Positions 52,188 to 63,719 of a DNA stretch of 64,000 nucleotides are shown here, in pieces. Made by a program: the position numbers and the translations under genes. How positions within the stretch are numbered: position 1 is the stretch's first letter; each line of letters starts with the position of its first letter. Origin of the DNA: Escherichia phage vB_EcoM_PhAPEC2. A model generated the notes under the pieces. It ran no database searches. It saw only the letters and a list, made by a program, of their open reading frames with translations, and had not been told where the DNA came from. The stretch lies in sequence record NC_024794.1. The stretch is one strand, 5' to 3'.

Positions 52188-52584
52188 ACACTCTATTGCT
52201 TGACGCTAACTGAAGTTTAATTTGTTCAATATCGTCAGGGTTGTCTACGACCGAAAATCTAATCTCTACTATAACCGTATAGTCGTCATATACTGGCGTT
52301 ACACTTACAGAAAGTTTGTCGATGCGCGGCTCATAGTTACGGACGGCTGCTTGGATATTACGCTCAATCGTATCGGCTGTAAGCGGTGTCATGTTCTCGA
52401 AAAGTTCATCAACCAAATCGCATCCAAATTCAGGGTCGAAGGGGCGTGAGCCTTTTCTAGTTGTCACTATGCCAAGAAGACTATTTTTAATAGAACGAAG
52501 TCCTACAGAACGAGCAACGTCCTTGTTCCAATCCATACGCATTTCTGGGTCGATATCTGAATAAAGTTTATTGATATTAGACAT
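52186..52584 (-). CDS. 25: Baseplate wedge gp25
   Basis: 132 aa; MSNINKLYSDIDPEMRMDWNKDVARS... near-identical to T4 gp25. Confidence 0.95.
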   Translation of the reverse strand: MSNINKLYSDIDPEMRMDWNKDVARSVGLRSIKNSLLGIVTTRKGSRPFDPEFGCDLVDELFENMTPLTADTIERNIQAAVRNYEPRIDKLSVSVTPVYDDYTVIVEIRFSVVDNPDDIEQIKLQLASSNRV

Positions 52585-53210
52585 TATAGTAACTCAAAGA
52601 ATTCTTTGAGGCCTCGTATTGTGTGAACGTGTGACGCCCCGCATTTGGGACATTTAATAGGGGTTGCCAGATAAATTGATGGCGATACCAAAAGATTTTT
52701 AATATTGATCATGTCATCTTCTGTTATAAGGCCGTAAAGGTCATTTATTTCTGCTTCAGTTAAATCTTCAACAGGGATGGACTCTCCATTGACAAAAACA
52801 GCCTCAATACATGAAGCAATCATTAATGCGATATTTTTATCATCGAATAATTTAGGTTGACGGAACTTAATTTTAATACCGCTGAACGAATACCAGGGAT
52901 CGGCCTGTTCATCCAATTGAGTGTGCAATAAATTCATATAGACTTGAAATGAATGCCCACAGGAACAATTCCAGGTGTGTTCTTGATTCACTTCACCTAA
53001 CGAATGTGCCCACAGATTTACCAACAATAGCTCGGCTTCTTGTTTAGTCAAGTTTTTAGCATTAGAGCAATTAGTGATAATATTGTTCACTGCTGATTCA
53101 ATAGTACCGGTAGCCCGCGCACCTATGAGTCCTAAATATTCTTTTAAAGTAAAGGCTCTACAATTCACTTCTTTATCGCCTAAACGTACGGTAAACGTAT
53201 ATTTGTACAT
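52584..53210 (-). CDS. 26: Baseplate hub gp26
   Basis: 208 aa as in T4; order. Confidence 0.85.
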   Translation of the reverse strand: MYKYTFTVRLGDKEVNCRAFTLKEYLGLIGARATGTIESAVNNIITNCSNAKNLTKQEAELLLVNLWAHSLGEVNQEHTWNCSCGHSFQVYMNLLHTQLDEQADPWYSFSGIKIKFRQPKLFDDKNIALMIASCIEAVFVNGESIPVEDLTEAEINDLYGLITEDDMINIKNLLVSPSIYLATPIKCPKCGASHVHTIRGLKEFFELL

Positions 53211-53228
53211 GTTAACTCCTTTATTGTG

Positions 53229-53240
53229 TATTTATAAATA
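53229..53240. promoter_or_regulatory. Overlapping divergent late promoters (TATTTATAAATA)
   Basis: TATAAATA on the plus strand (53233-53240, gp51) and on the minus strand (53229-53236, gp26). Confidence 0.55.
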
Positions 53241-53257
53241 ATAGAAAAGGAGTAATT

Positions 53258-54010
53258 ATGGCTAATATAATTCGTTGTAAATTACCGGATGGTGTTCATC
53301 GTTTCAAGCCGTTCACCGTGGCGGATTATAGAGACTTTTTACTAGTTAGAAATGATATCGAACATCGTTCGCCGCAAGAACAAAAAGAAATAATTGCCGA
53401 TCTGATTGATGATTATTTTGGCGAGTACCCTAAAACATGGCAACCATTTATATTCCTGCAAGTTTTTGCAGGCTCTATAGGCAAAACAAAAGTTCCCGTT
53501 ATTTTCACTTGCCCTAAATGCTCTAAAGAAAAAACTGCACCATTTGAGATATATCAAAAAGAACTAGTCGAACCTGAACTTGATGTTGCTGGTATAAAAA
53601 TACGTTTTTCTTTCCCTGAAAAGTTTTATGACAATAAAGCATTAATGATAAGTGAAAACATAAAAGAAATATATTATAATGATGAATGGTACCCATGGAA
53701 TGATTTGACTGAAGAGAACCAAATCCAAGTAATAGAAGCAATAGACATTGACTCGCTCGAGAAGGTTATTGCTTCTATGAACCCTATTAATTTGACCCTT
53801 AGATTAGGTTGTTGTGAACGTCATGTTAAAACATATACTGATATCTTAGAGGTTTTTAAATTGTTAGTTAACCCTGATGAGATTTTTACATTCTATCAGA
53901 TAAACCATTCACTAGTAAAGAGTCAATACACATTGGATTCTATTATGCAAATGATTCCTGTTGAACGTGGTATTGCTTTAACATTAGTAGAAAAGGACCA
54001 TAAAAAATGA
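53258..54010 (+). CDS. 51: Baseplate hub assembly catalyst gp51
   Basis: 250 aa (T4 249); order. Confidence 0.85.
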   Translation: MANIIRCKLPDGVHRFKPFTVADYRDFLLVRNDIEHRSPQEQKEIIADLIDDYFGEYPKTWQPFIFLQVFAGSIGKTKVPVIFTCPKCSKEKTAPFEIYQKELVEPELDVAGIKIRFSFPEKFYDNKALMISENIKEIYYNDEWYPWNDLTEENQIQVIEAIDIDSLEKVIASMNPINLTLRLGCCERHVKTYTDILEVFKLLVNPDEIFTFYQINHSLVKSQYTLDSIMQMIPVERGIALTLVEKDHKK

Positions 54011-55179
54011 CAGTATTCCAACGTCCAGGATATCCTAACTTAAGCGTTAAATTATACCAAGATTATTCGGCTTGGCAAGAAAATAGATACGTTGAACTCG
54101 CAGCAACAATAACAACTTTAACCATGCGAGATTCGCTATACGGAAGAAATGAAGGGATTCTTCAATTTTATGACACTAAAAACATCCACACTAAAATGGA
54201 TGGTAGACAGATAGTCCAAATCTCTGTTTCAAATTCAAACACACCTCTCCAAGTTAGAACTCGAATTTACGGATGCAGACATTATTCTGTGTCTGTGGAC
54301 TCAAAAGGTGACAATATTATTGCAATTGAGCTTGGAACAATACATTCTATAGAGAACCTTAAATTTGGGCGACCATTCTTCCCAGACGCAGGAGAATCTA
54401 TACGTGAAATGTTAGGTGTCATATATAAAGACCGTACATTAATTACTCCGCCAATAAACACTATTAATGCTTATGTTCCTGATATTCCTTGGACAAGCAC
54501 ATTTGATGATTATTTGGCATATGTCAGAGAATTAGGACTTGCTACAGCGAGTGATAAGTTCGTATTCGTATGGCAAGATATTTTAGGCGTAAACATGATT
54601 GACTACGATACTCTTATTGGTCAGGAAGGCATTAAGATGATTGTAGGCGAGCCAAATACCGTAGGTCAGTATATTCAAGAGCTTGAGTATCCATTGGTAT
54701 GGGATTTCACCTGGATGACTAAAGCTAACCAATTTACAAGAGACCCTATTAAAAACGCCACGATATTCGCCCATTCATTTTTAGATACATCTATTCCGGT
54801 TATTGTTACAGGTGATGGTGATAACGCTATTGTTGTGTCAAGATCCGGTGGATATTCCGAAATGACCTATCGTAATGGATTTGAAGAAGCAAGTCGTCTT
54901 CAGACAATGGCTCAATATGACGGATATGCTAAATGCACTACTACAGGTAATTTTAACATAACGCCTGCTACTAAAATTATATTTGTTGACCAAAAGAACC
55001 AATTCAAATCTGAATTTTACGTAGATGAAGTTATTCATGAGTTATCAAATAACAACTCACAAACTCATCTATACATGTTTACCAACTCAATGGTGTTAGA
55101 ACCTGTTAACCCAGTTAAGGTTAAAAATGAACTTAAATCTGATTCTACCTCTAAAGAAAATAATTCTACCACAGTCTAA
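54007..55179 (+). CDS. 27: Baseplate hub gp27
   Basis: 390 aa (T4 391). Confidence 0.9.
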   Translation: MTVFQRPGYPNLSVKLYQDYSAWQENRYVELAATITTLTMRDSLYGRNEGILQFYDTKNIHTKMDGRQIVQISVSNSNTPLQVRTRIYGCRHYSVSVDSKGDNIIAIELGTIHSIENLKFGRPFFPDAGESIREMLGVIYKDRTLITPPINTINAYVPDIPWTSTFDDYLAYVRELGLATASDKFVFVWQDILGVNMIDYDTLIGQEGIKMIVGEPNTVGQYIQELEYPLVWDFTWMTKANQFTRDPIKNATIFAHSFLDTSIPVIVTGDGDNAIVVSRSGGYSEMTYRNGFEEASRLQTMAQYDGYAKCTTTGNFNITPATKIIFVDQKNQFKSEFYVDEVIHELSNNNSQTHLYMFTNSMVLEPVNPVKVKNELKSDSTSKENNSTTV

Positions 55180-55660
55180 TAAAAAGGTAATGATTCCCAA
55201 ATTAGGGCTCAAACATTACAATCTTTTAAAGGACGTTAAAGGTCCTGATGAAAACATGAAAATCTTAGCTGATTCTATTTGTAAAAATATGAGTCCAGCA
55301 GATTTTGATTTTGCATGTCTACACATATTGGAATTTAATAACAAACTTAAGTCTGAAGTTGAAAAAGATGGATTCACTTATAAACTAGATGACGTCTATG
55401 TATGCCAACGAACAGAATTCCAATTTCAAGGTAATACTTTTTATTTTAGACCCCCAGGCAAATTTGAACAATTCGCTACAATCAGTGAAATGCTATCAAA
55501 TTGCTTAATAAAAGTTAATGACGAAGAGAAAGAAATTTCTTTCCTTGAGATGCCTGCTTTTGTAATCAAATGGGCAGAAGACCTTTCGACAACTATTGCT
55601 ATTCCAGGCCCTAATGGCCCTATTAAGGGTATAGCAGAAATTATTGGATTGCTTGAATGA
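55127..55660 (+). CDS. 28: Baseplate hub distal subunit gp28
   Basis: 177 aa as in T4; overlaps the gp27 3' end. Confidence 0.8.
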   Translation: MNLNLILPLKKIILPQSNKKVMIPKLGLKHYNLLKDVKGPDENMKILADSICKNMSPADFDFACLHILEFNNKLKSEVEKDGFTYKLDDVYVCQRTEFQFQGNTFYFRPPGKFEQFATISEMLSNCLIKVNDEEKEISFLEMPAFVIKWAEDLSTTIAIPGPNGPIKGIAEIIGLLE

Positions 55661-57429
55661 AACCTGAAGAAATGAAATCCATGCGTAGAAATAAGGTCAT
55701 TGCCGATAATAAACCACAAAAAGTAGCTGCAACAGCAGCTACCGATTCATTAGAAGCATTGAATAACATTTCATCAAAACTAGACGATGTCCAAGCCGCG
55801 TCTGAACTCACATCACAAAGTGTAGAAGATAAAGGCAATGGAATTATTGAATCAATTGGAGACTTAAAGAATTCGACAGATAATACTGCTGAAGGCACAG
55901 AGCTTATCGCAGAAGTTATTGAAAAACAAACTGAAGTCACTAAAAGTATAAACGAAGTTTCTAGTGCAATAAGCTCTAAGTTAGACAGATTAGCTACATT
56001 ATTAGAGCAAAAATTACAAACATCTACCGCTATTCAAAATACAGGAGGCACCTCTCTTGAAGTAATTGAGAACGCGATACCTGTTAAAGTGGTTGAGAAC
56101 GAAACTTCTGATGAGTTGTTTAAAGCATTACCTACACCTGAAAAGATTGATAATAAGCCAGACGAAGATTTCTTCCCGGTCCCGGTTCAAGAAAGTGCTA
56201 ATTCTACTTCCGATTCTAAAGGCGGAATTAGCTTTAAATTGAGCGATAAAATTGCAATGCTCACCAAAACAGTTCAAACCGGGTTTAATAAATCAATATC
56301 AATTTCAGACAGAATTGCTGGAATGCTTTTCAAATACACTATAACGGCTGCTATTGAAGCAGCAAAAATGGCCGCACTTATTCTTGGTATTGTTATCGGT
56401 ATTGATTTATTGATAGTCCATTTCAAATATTGGACAGACAAGTTCACTTCTGCCTGGGATTTATTTGATGAAAACTTTACTAAATTCTCCGACGAAGCTA
56501 AAGAGTGGGGTAAATTCTTAAGTGATATATTCACTTCTATTGACTCGATAAAACAATTGTGGGAAGCTGGAGACTGGGGTGGTTTAACCGTTGCTATTGT
56601 CAAAGGTGTAGGAACAGCATTAATGAACTTAGGTGAACTAATTCAATTAGGAATGGCTAAACTCTCCGCGTCTATATTGCGTGCTATAGGTTTTGGTGAT
56701 ACCGCGGACGAAATAGAAGGACGTGCTTTGGAAGGATTCCAAGAAACTACTGGGAACAAATTAAAGAAAGAAGACCAAGAGAAAGTCGCTAAATATCAAA
56801 TGAAGCGTGACGATGGGGAATTAGGAACCGTTTCTAAAGGTCTTGATATGTTACAGCGCGGCAAAACATTCGTTACTAACTGGGTTCGTGGTAATGACAA
56901 TAAAGAAGAGTTTAGTACAAGCGATGAGCGTGCTGCGGAATCAGCAAAATTAAAAGAGTTACCTGAAGAGGAGCGTAAAGAAGCGTATATAAAAGCTAAT
57001 GAAACTCGTGCGGCACTTGTTAGATTTGAGGATTATATCGATAAAATCGATATGACTAATCCGGAAAATGCTAAAAACGTCGAGAAGTCTTATGCTGATT
57101 TAAGTAAACTTATTAAAGACCCTGAACTTAATAAAACTCCTGTTGTTAAAAAGGAATTAGATGCTAGATTTGAAAAGCTAAATAATAAAATGGCTGAAGC
57201 CAAAAAGGCTCAGACAACAGTTAAGCCTGAATCTTCGTCTAAATCTCCGGAAGCAAAACAAGTTCAGTCAATAGAGAAAGGACGTGCTTCTGAATCTAAA
57301 CAACAGCAACCGGTAGCGGCGATTAGTAACACAAATAATGTCGTCAAAAAGAATACCGTAGTCCAGAATATGACCCCTGTAACAAGTACAACGGCTCCTG
57401 GAATTTTCCATGCCACCGGTGTTAATTAA
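55657..57429 (+). CDS. 29: Tail tape measure / hub gp29
   Basis: 590 aa as in T4; order. Confidence 0.9.
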   Translation: MKPEEMKSMRRNKVIADNKPQKVAATAATDSLEALNNISSKLDDVQAASELTSQSVEDKGNGIIESIGDLKNSTDNTAEGTELIAEVIEKQTEVTKSINEVSSAISSKLDRLATLLEQKLQTSTAIQNTGGTSLEVIENAIPVKVVENETSDELFKALPTPEKIDNKPDEDFFPVPVQESANSTSDSKGGISFKLSDKIAMLTKTVQTGFNKSISISDRIAGMLFKYTITAAIEAAKMAALILGIVIGIDLLIVHFKYWTDKFTSAWDLFDENFTKFSDEAKEWGKFLSDIFTSIDSIKQLWEAGDWGGLTVAIVKGVGTALMNLGELIQLGMAKLSASILRAIGFGDTADEIEGRALEGFQETTGNKLKKEDQEKVAKYQMKRDDGELGTVSKGLDMLQRGKTFVTNWVRGNDNKEEFSTSDERAAESAKLKELPEEERKEAYIKANETRAALVRFEDYIDKIDMTNPENAKNVEKSYADLSKLIKDPELNKTPVVKKELDARFEKLNNKMAEAKKAQTTVKPESSSKSPEAKQVQSIEKGRASESKQQQPVAAISNTNNVVKKNTVVQNMTPVTSTTAPGIFHATGVN

Positions 57430-57437
57430 GGATTATT

Positions 57438-58547
57438 ATGATTAGTGTAAAAGAAATAGTAGTAGATGCAAAGGATTTAAATAAAGCAATCCCAGTCTCA
57501 GAAAGTGCTGGGCAAAGCACTAAAACCGAAACAACTACTAAAACTTATGTTGCTCAATTTCCTACAGGAAGAGCAGCCGGAAATGACTCCACAGGAGACT
57601 TCCAGGTAACAGACCTTTATAAGAATGGATTATTATTTACCGCGTACAATATGTCTGCACGCGATTCAGGATCCCTCAGGAATTTACGTCCAGCATACGC
57701 CGGGACTTCATCTAACGGTATCATATCAGATTTAACTGATAATGTGAAAGATGCAGTGACTAAATTCTCAAACGGATTGCTTCCTGCTGGAGCTAATAAA
57801 TCTACCATAAATAAAACTCCTGTTGCTAATATACTTTTGCCGCGTTCCAAATCTGACGTTGATACAACTTCACATCGTTTTAATGATATCGGTGATAGTC
57901 TTATTACTAAAGGTGGAGGTACTGCTACGGGTGTTTTAAGTAACATTGCTTCTACTGCAGTTTTTGGTGCATTAGATTCTATTACCCAAGGGCTTATGGC
58001 TGATAATAACGAACAGATTTATACGACTTCTCGTAGTATGTATGGTGGTGCCGAGAACCGTACTAAAGTCTTTACATGGGATTTAACTCCACGTTCAACT
58101 GAAGACCTTATGGCTATTATAAACATTTACCAGTATTTTAACTATTTCTCATATGGTGAGACCGGTAAATCACAGTACGCCCAAGAGATTAAAAGTTATT
58201 TAGACGAATGGTACCGTTCAACGTTTATTGAGCCTATGACACCAGACGATGCTGTAAAAAATAAGACATTGTTTGAAAAGATTACTGCGTCGTTAACAAA
58301 CGTATTAGTTGTAAGCAACCCTACGATTTGGATGGTTAAAAACTTTGGACACACATCTAAATTTGACGGGTTAACTGATGTATTTGGCCCATGTCAAATT
58401 CAAAGCGTACGTTTTGATAAAACTCCAAATGGACAATTTAATGGTCTCGCTGTTGCTCCTAACTTACCGTCAACATTTACGTTAGAGATAACAATGCGAG
58501 AAATTATTACATTAAACCGTTCTTCACTTTATGCGGGGACTTTCTAA
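57438..58547 (+). CDS. 48: Baseplate-tail tube junction gp48
   Basis: 369 aa (T4 364). Confidence 0.9.
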   Translation: MISVKEIVVDAKDLNKAIPVSESAGQSTKTETTTKTYVAQFPTGRAAGNDSTGDFQVTDLYKNGLLFTAYNMSARDSGSLRNLRPAYAGTSSNGIISDLTDNVKDAVTKFSNGLLPAGANKSTINKTPVANILLPRSKSDVDTTSHRFNDIGDSLITKGGGTATGVLSNIASTAVFGALDSITQGLMADNNEQIYTTSRSMYGGAENRTKVFTWDLTPRSTEDLMAIINIYQYFNYFSYGETGKSQYAQEIKSYLDEWYRSTFIEPMTPDDAVKNKTLFEKITASLTNVLVVSNPTIWMVKNFGHTSKFDGLTDVFGPCQIQSVRFDKTPNGQFNGLAVAPNLPSTFTLEITMREIITLNRSSLYAGTF

Positions 58548-59509
58548 TGTACTCTTTAGAAGAATTTAATAACCAAGCTATAAATGCAGATTTCCAACGA
58601 AACAATATGTTTAGTTGTGTATTTGCTACTACACCATCAACCAAATCGTCTTCACTAATTTCGTCAATTGGTAGTTTTGCTTATAATAACTTAGGGTTGG
58701 ATTCTGATTGGCTAGGATTGACTCAAGGTGATATCAATCAGGGCGTAACAACCCTGATTACAGCAGGAACACAGAAATTAATTCGAAAATCAGGTATAAG
58801 TAAATATCTGATTGGAGCAATGAGTCAACGTACGGTACAAAGCTTGTTAGGTGAGTTCACAGTAGGAGCTTATCTGATAGACTTCTTCAATATGGCATAT
58901 AATAATACAGGTTTAATGATTTATTCTGTAAAAATGCCTGAGAACCGATTATCTTATGAAACGGATTTCAACTATAACTCACCGAACATCCGAATTACCG
59001 GTCGTGAAATGGACCCGTTAGTAATAAGCTTTAGAATGGATTCTGAAGCATCTAACTTTAGAGCAATGCAAGACTGGGTAAACTCAGTCCAAGACCCTGT
59101 AACAGGTCTTCGTGCTTTACCACAAGACGTCGAAGCAGATATTCAGGTTAATTTACATGCACGAAATGGTTTACCACATACCGCTGTCATGTTCACCGGA
59201 TGTATTCCTGTTAGTGTCTCTTCTCCTGAGTTAACGTATGATGGTGATAATCAGATAACAGTTTTTGATGTAACATTTGCTTATCGCGTTATGCAATCAG
59301 GTGCTGTAAATAGACAGGCTGCTTTAGAATGGCTGGAATCAGGACTTATTAGTAGTGTTTCAGGAATGTTTGGAAATAATCAGAATGATTCTGGACTAGG
59401 AAGTGCAGTATCAAGACTTTCTAGATTAGGTGGGACTGCTGGTGGTGTGTCTAATATAAACACATTGACAGGTGTGGTGAATTCTGCGTCAAGAGTTTTA
59501 GGACTATAA
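58547..59509 (+). CDS. 54: Baseplate-tail tube initiator gp54
   Basis: 320 aa as in T4. Confidence 0.9.
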   Translation: MYSLEEFNNQAINADFQRNNMFSCVFATTPSTKSSSLISSIGSFAYNNLGLDSDWLGLTQGDINQGVTTLITAGTQKLIRKSGISKYLIGAMSQRTVQSLLGEFTVGAYLIDFFNMAYNNTGLMIYSVKMPENRLSYETDFNYNSPNIRITGREMDPLVISFRMDSEASNFRAMQDWVNSVQDPVTGLRALPQDVEADIQVNLHARNGLPHTAVMFTGCIPVSVSSPELTYDGDNQITVFDVTFAYRVMQSGAVNRQAALEWLESGLISSVSGMFGNNQNDSGLGSAVSRLSRLGGTAGGVSNINTLTGVVNSASRVLGL

Positions 59510-59516
59510 GAAAAAA

Positions 59517-59533
59517 GGGAGACGTTGTCTCCC
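59517..59533. terminator. Bidirectional terminator GGGAGAC-GUUG-GUCUCCC
   Basis: Variant of the gp8/gp23 hairpin flanked by an A-run and T-rich sequence. Confidence 0.55.
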
Positions 59534-59542
59534 TTTAGGGGT

Positions 59543-59836
59543 TTATTTACGGAATGAAAGGAATGCTGGTGCTCTGAATGGAGTATCATCTTTAGAGTAT
59601 TTAACTAATACGACCATTGGTACCTCTGTTTCTAAATGACCTGTCAATACACCGATAAAAATTTGATCAGTGTGCTCAGGGTCACGAAAGTTTTTAAGAG
59701 GTTCCATAGCAATATGGAATGCACCTGGGAATACTCGATTCAATTCGTCAATCACAGCTTCGTTAAAAGCATCATCCGCTGGGATAACATCTTCAACTAC
59801 TAGTTCTTGACCATTAAAGCGAAGCATAGATTTCAT
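59543..59836 (-). CDS. Hypothetical early protein (97 aa) between gp54 and alt
   Basis: Start MKSMLRFNG with GAGGA Shine-Dalgarno (the track starts at a TTG); early promoter cassette at 59866-59894. Confidence 0.5.
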   Translation of the reverse strand: MKSMLRFNGQELVVEDVIPADDAFNEAVIDELNRVFPGAFHIAMEPLKNFRDPEHTDQIFIGVLTGHLETEVPMVVLVKYSKDDTPFRAPAFLSFRK

Positions 59837-59865
59837 AACGTTTTCCTCATGTTGTTGATGGGATG

Positions 59866-59894
59866 ATAGTATCACACATCCATGTGTTTGTAAA
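59866..59894 (-). promoter_or_regulatory. Early promoter cassette (PeSL-like)
   Basis: Minus strand: TTTACA, 17 bp, TGaTACTAT; spacer related to the cassette at 12102-12130. Confidence 0.55.
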
Positions 59895-61982
59895 CTATCC
59901 TTGGACAAATTTAAACGGAACTGATTCTAAATCCATTAAAGATGCTAACAATTTCAATCCTTTAGGAGCACTAGTTTTTTCTACAAATGAGGAGAACGAT
60001 ACCGGCTCATCTGATTCGATTTCACCCGCCATAGCAACCACCTCGCCTGTTTCCATGAGAACATCGCCGTCGTAAATGACAGCTTCATCCAACTGGTCCG
60101 AGGACATGACTTCAGCTTGAATAAATTTAAGGTTGGATTCTAAACCTGCACCGGTGTCAGATGACGCATCTGTAATTTTATTTATCTGCAAGAGAATGCC
60201 TCTAGGCAAAATAATTTCTTGCTCATTAGGGTGATTACTCAACTGTCCTGGATAAATCACGTTAACTTTATGAGCGCCATCAATAGCCCATCCAACGTTA
60301 ACACGGATTTGTTCTGGTGCATGCATAGCTGTTCTTACTTGACTCGGAGAAATAGTAACACCTTCGTCATTATTATCAATGTTAAGCTCTTTGCGAACTT
60401 CTTCAGGAGCAAGTCCAAGGGCAACGTTCTCTTTAAACCCACCGAAAATAATAGGAGCTAGTGAAGTGGAAACATAGTTTCTGAAGTAGAATACCTTATT
60501 TTTAACCATTGCTTCGTAAATAGGCATTCTGATAGACTGAGCTCTATATAACGTTAGTCCTTCAGGTAAACGGTCTCCATTTAAAAACGCCGAATCAAGA
60601 CCATCAATAGCGCGTTTAACTTCATCTTCATCCGCAACATCATAAAAATCTGGTTTATAACGACCTAACAACATATTATTGATATCGGTATACGCAGAAG
60701 AGGCATATTCACGAATAGCTCGTTTTTCAGCAACAGAGTATTGTTTAGGGTCCCGATTCATTGTTATATTAAAGGTGCCTTTAGCCGATTCTCGTGCATA
60801 AGTATACATCACATTAGACAAGAACGCTGATTTACGTTGTTTCCAAGTTTTTTCAGATACTTCAGCTAAAACGTCGTCAGCCAGTTGGAAATTATCTCGT
60901 CTAAAATCTTCAAACCATTCGTCTTTAATAGAGTCTGCAATTTCATTTGCAGCTTCAACAAAAGCAGCTAATGCTTTAACAGATGTTGTTTTTTCAGTTT
61001 TAATTTTCTTAGCAAACTTTTCTAAAGTTGGTTTAATAACACTACCATAAGAAACTTCATCAGCAAATCTAAAGGATTCATCAATACGATTATAAATCTT
61101 ATTTTCGATATCAGCAACTAAAGTGCCTTTTGCTGTGGATGATGCTTGGGCTAGTACGATTTCATATGCTTCAGGAAGTAATTCGGCTGTAGCCGGGCCA
61201 CTAACTTCTTTAGCAGAATTTTCGTATTTCTGGAATAACTCACCTTCTTGGCGGTCAGCTTCTAAAGATTGGCTTGCGGCAATAGCGCGCCGAGAAATTT
61301 TAGTACGAGCAATAACAGGCTTATCTTTACGTTTTTCTTCTACAGCAGCAATAGAACCAGCGATAGCCGTTTCTTTGGTGACCTTTTCGCCAGTCTTTTT
61401 ACTCACATAAACTTCGCCAACATCAGAATCTACTTTCGTGTACAACTCTGTGTTAATGTTAGGGATGCCTTTAATATCTTCAATGTTGGCATTTTTACGA
61501 ACCATCATCACATAGGTGTGTTTACCTGTGAATTGATACATTGCAGACAATACTTTAAAACGACCACCGGTTTTAGTAGAAACTAAACGAGCAAGAAGAG
61601 TTTGAAGTTGTTGTCCGCGTCCTTTCAATTTCTTGGTAGGGAATCGGAACAGAACTGCATCCATACGAAGAGCTTTAACCTGTTCATATACCGTATTGAA
61701 AATGGTGTTGATTGCATCAATAGGAGCAGGACCAAGGCCATTTTTCAATTCAGCGAGATTACCCTTTTCAGACAGACTCATAATAACAACATGAGCGTAT
61801 TTGTCGCCAAGTTTAACTTGTTTTACAGCGTCGCCTTCGGAAAGGTAAGAGAATAAACGAACTACGATGTTTGTATCGATATCACCAATTTTCCAGACTT
61901 GTGGAACTTTAGCTTTAGGGTTCAAATTGACGACAGGAAGACTGCCTTCAGATTCAAACACTTCATTTAATTGTTCAGACAT
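59895..61982 (-). CDS. alt: ADP-ribosyltransferase Alt
   Basis: 695 aa between 54 and 30 as in T4; R-S-E fingerprint (LYRAQ, YVSTSLAP, EQEIILP). Confidence 0.8.
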   Translation of the reverse strand: MSEQLNEVFESEGSLPVVNLNPKAKVPQVWKIGDIDTNIVVRLFSYLSEGDAVKQVKLGDKYAHVVIMSLSEKGNLAELKNGLGPAPIDAINTIFNTVYEQVKALRMDAVLFRFPTKKLKGRGQQLQTLLARLVSTKTGGRFKVLSAMYQFTGKHTYVMMVRKNANIEDIKGIPNINTELYTKVDSDVGEVYVSKKTGEKVTKETAIAGSIAAVEEKRKDKPVIARTKISRRAIAASQSLEADRQEGELFQKYENSAKEVSGPATAELLPEAYEIVLAQASSTAKGTLVADIENKIYNRIDESFRFADEVSYGSVIKPTLEKFAKKIKTEKTTSVKALAAFVEAANEIADSIKDEWFEDFRRDNFQLADDVLAEVSEKTWKQRKSAFLSNVMYTYARESAKGTFNITMNRDPKQYSVAEKRAIREYASSAYTDINNMLLGRYKPDFYDVADEDEVKRAIDGLDSAFLNGDRLPEGLTLYRAQSIRMPIYEAMVKNKVFYFRNYVSTSLAPIIFGGFKENVALGLAPEEVRKELNIDNNDEGVTISPSQVRTAMHAPEQIRVNVGWAIDGAHKVNVIYPGQLSNHPNEQEIILPRGILLQINKITDASSDTGAGLESNLKFIQAEVMSSDQLDEAVIYDGDVLMETGEVVAMAGEIESDEPVSFSSFVEKTSAPKGLKLLASLMDLESVPFKFVQG

Positions 61983-62011
61983 AGTGTTTTCCTTTTAGTA
62001 ATAATTTATAT

Positions 62012-62038
62012 TTATGCCAAAAAGAGCCCGAAGGCTCT
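62012..62038 (-). terminator. Terminator upstream of alt
   Basis: AGAGCC-CGAA-GGCUCU hairpin followed by a U-run on the minus strand. Confidence 0.5.
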
Positions 62039-62226
62039 TAATCCACAATCGGGAGCAAAGTACGATAAACTTCAAAATTAGGGCCTTTTTCGTACCCATT
62101 AACGTTATCTACGAAAACCCGATACGAATTTTCATTAGGAAAATCTAATATAATCTGAGAGCAAGAGGTGGAAACATCTCCACCATCCTTCTTAGCTACA
62201 ATAACTGTTTCTAAATAAGCTTTCAT
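62038..62226 (-). CDS. Hypothetical small protein (62 aa)
   Basis: MKAYLETV...; TAATG overlap with the gp30 stop. Confidence 0.45.
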   Translation of the reverse strand: MKAYLETVIVAKKDGGDVSTSCSQIILDFPNENSYRVFVDNVNGYEKGPNFEVYRTLLPIVD

Positions 62227-63719
62227 TATAAACCTGTCTGGGACCACGGTCCAAATACGTCTTCAAATGAATCCGCTTCTGTTTTATCAAAACGGAACCC
62301 TTTAATAATTGGAAGAAAAATACCTACAGTACCTTCACGGCCTTTAGAATGAACCCAACCGTTACATTCACAATCAGCGATACGTCCAATTAATTTACCT
62401 TCACGAGCTTCGGTCATTAATCGTTCACGGTCTAAATCATGACGCTCGTCTAAAGGAATAAGAACCTTTACACCATCAACTGTTTTATGAGTTGTATCTT
62501 TAAAACCTGAACCACAATCGGTTGTAATACGACGACAACGTGATACGAGTTCGACACCACCTAATTTGTTAGGGTCTTTAGAGTGTTCATAGTATCCTAC
62601 AACTTCTAAAGCGATATCAATAACTTCTTTAAATTTAATTAGGTTCTTAGAGCGTTTGTTTTCCCAATATGAATCACGGTTTTTAAGGATAATACCTTCA
62701 AGACCTTGGTCAACATATTTTTTATAAACCACTTTAGCTTCGTCAAGATTACGAACTAACTGATTTTCAATTGGCTCAATTCGCTTAAAGCCTTCAGCCA
62801 TATTTTCAAGAGCAGCAAAACGAACATCGTATTTCTGACCTTTAATTTTGCCATCAGAATAGACTTCATCTAAAGGAACATAGTCCCAGGCTTGAAGAAC
62901 CATACCTTCCGCTTCTTTAGGAGAAATAGTCCCTTGAAGAGATTTATTTGCTAAACCATTTGAAGTGCTACGGTCTGCAACTTGTACTTCTTCGGATTCT
63001 TCATTATCACCAAATAAGAACGACAGGTCATTTCCTGAGCTCACAGCCTTTTTAATATCAAATGAATGATAAACTAATTCACCGTCGATTAAAACCCCAT
63101 TAGGGTGTCTTTCACGAGCTTCTTTAGTCATTTCCATTAGTTCATCTGCTAATAGGGTAAGACCATGGTATTCATTACCAGCACGAGAAAAGAATTGAAC
63201 ACCAGCATCGCGAACTTCAGCGAAACAACGAGCACCATCGGCTTTTAATTGAGCAAATGCAGGCCATTTAATATTTTTAGTAATCAATTTCTCATCATAT
63301 GCAGATGCTAACATCTGTGGTTGCAATTGAATAAGTCCAGGCCACACCTTATTCGCGATAGACACTGAAGCACCTACTTCAAGGTCGCGCATCATTACAC
63401 GACGAAGGACTTCTACATCATCAGGTTTACCGTCAGCGATATAACCCATGAGCTCTTTAATTGCAGCATTACCAGTGAGTTTACGAGTGGCTAATGTGAA
63501 CTCAATAAAATCCAACATGTCATCTAATTCAAGAAGACCATATGCTTGAGACCTTTCACCTGGTCCTGGCCATTTCTTAATATAATACTGGATACCACGT
63601 GCATATGCTAAACGATACACACGTTCAAGTAATTTGTTGTCCTTATTTTTCTTAAGGATTTCTTGTTTTGTTTTAGTAGAACCGATCGCAGCTATTTGGT
63701 TTAAAATATCTAAAATCAT
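62226..63719 (-). CDS. 30: ATP-dependent DNA ligase gp30
   Basis: 497 aa; adenylation motif LKADGARCF; near-identical to T4 ligase. Confidence 0.95.
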   Translation of the reverse strand: MILDILNQIAAIGSTKTKQEILKKNKDNKLLERVYRLAYARGIQYYIKKWPGPGERSQAYGLLELDDMLDFIEFTLATRKLTGNAAIKELMGYIADGKPDDVEVLRRVMMRDLEVGASVSIANKVWPGLIQLQPQMLASAYDEKLITKNIKWPAFAQLKADGARCFAEVRDAGVQFFSRAGNEYHGLTLLADELMEMTKEARERHPNGVLIDGELVYHSFDIKKAVSSGNDLSFLFGDNEESEEVQVADRSTSNGLANKSLQGTISPKEAEGMVLQAWDYVPLDEVYSDGKIKGQKYDVRFAALENMAEGFKRIEPIENQLVRNLDEAKVVYKKYVDQGLEGIILKNRDSYWENKRSKNLIKFKEVIDIALEVVGYYEHSKDPNKLGGVELVSRCRRITTDCGSGFKDTTHKTVDGVKVLIPLDERHDLDRERLMTEAREGKLIGRIADCECNGWVHSKGREGTVGIFLPIIKGFRFDKTEADSFEDVFGPWSQTGL

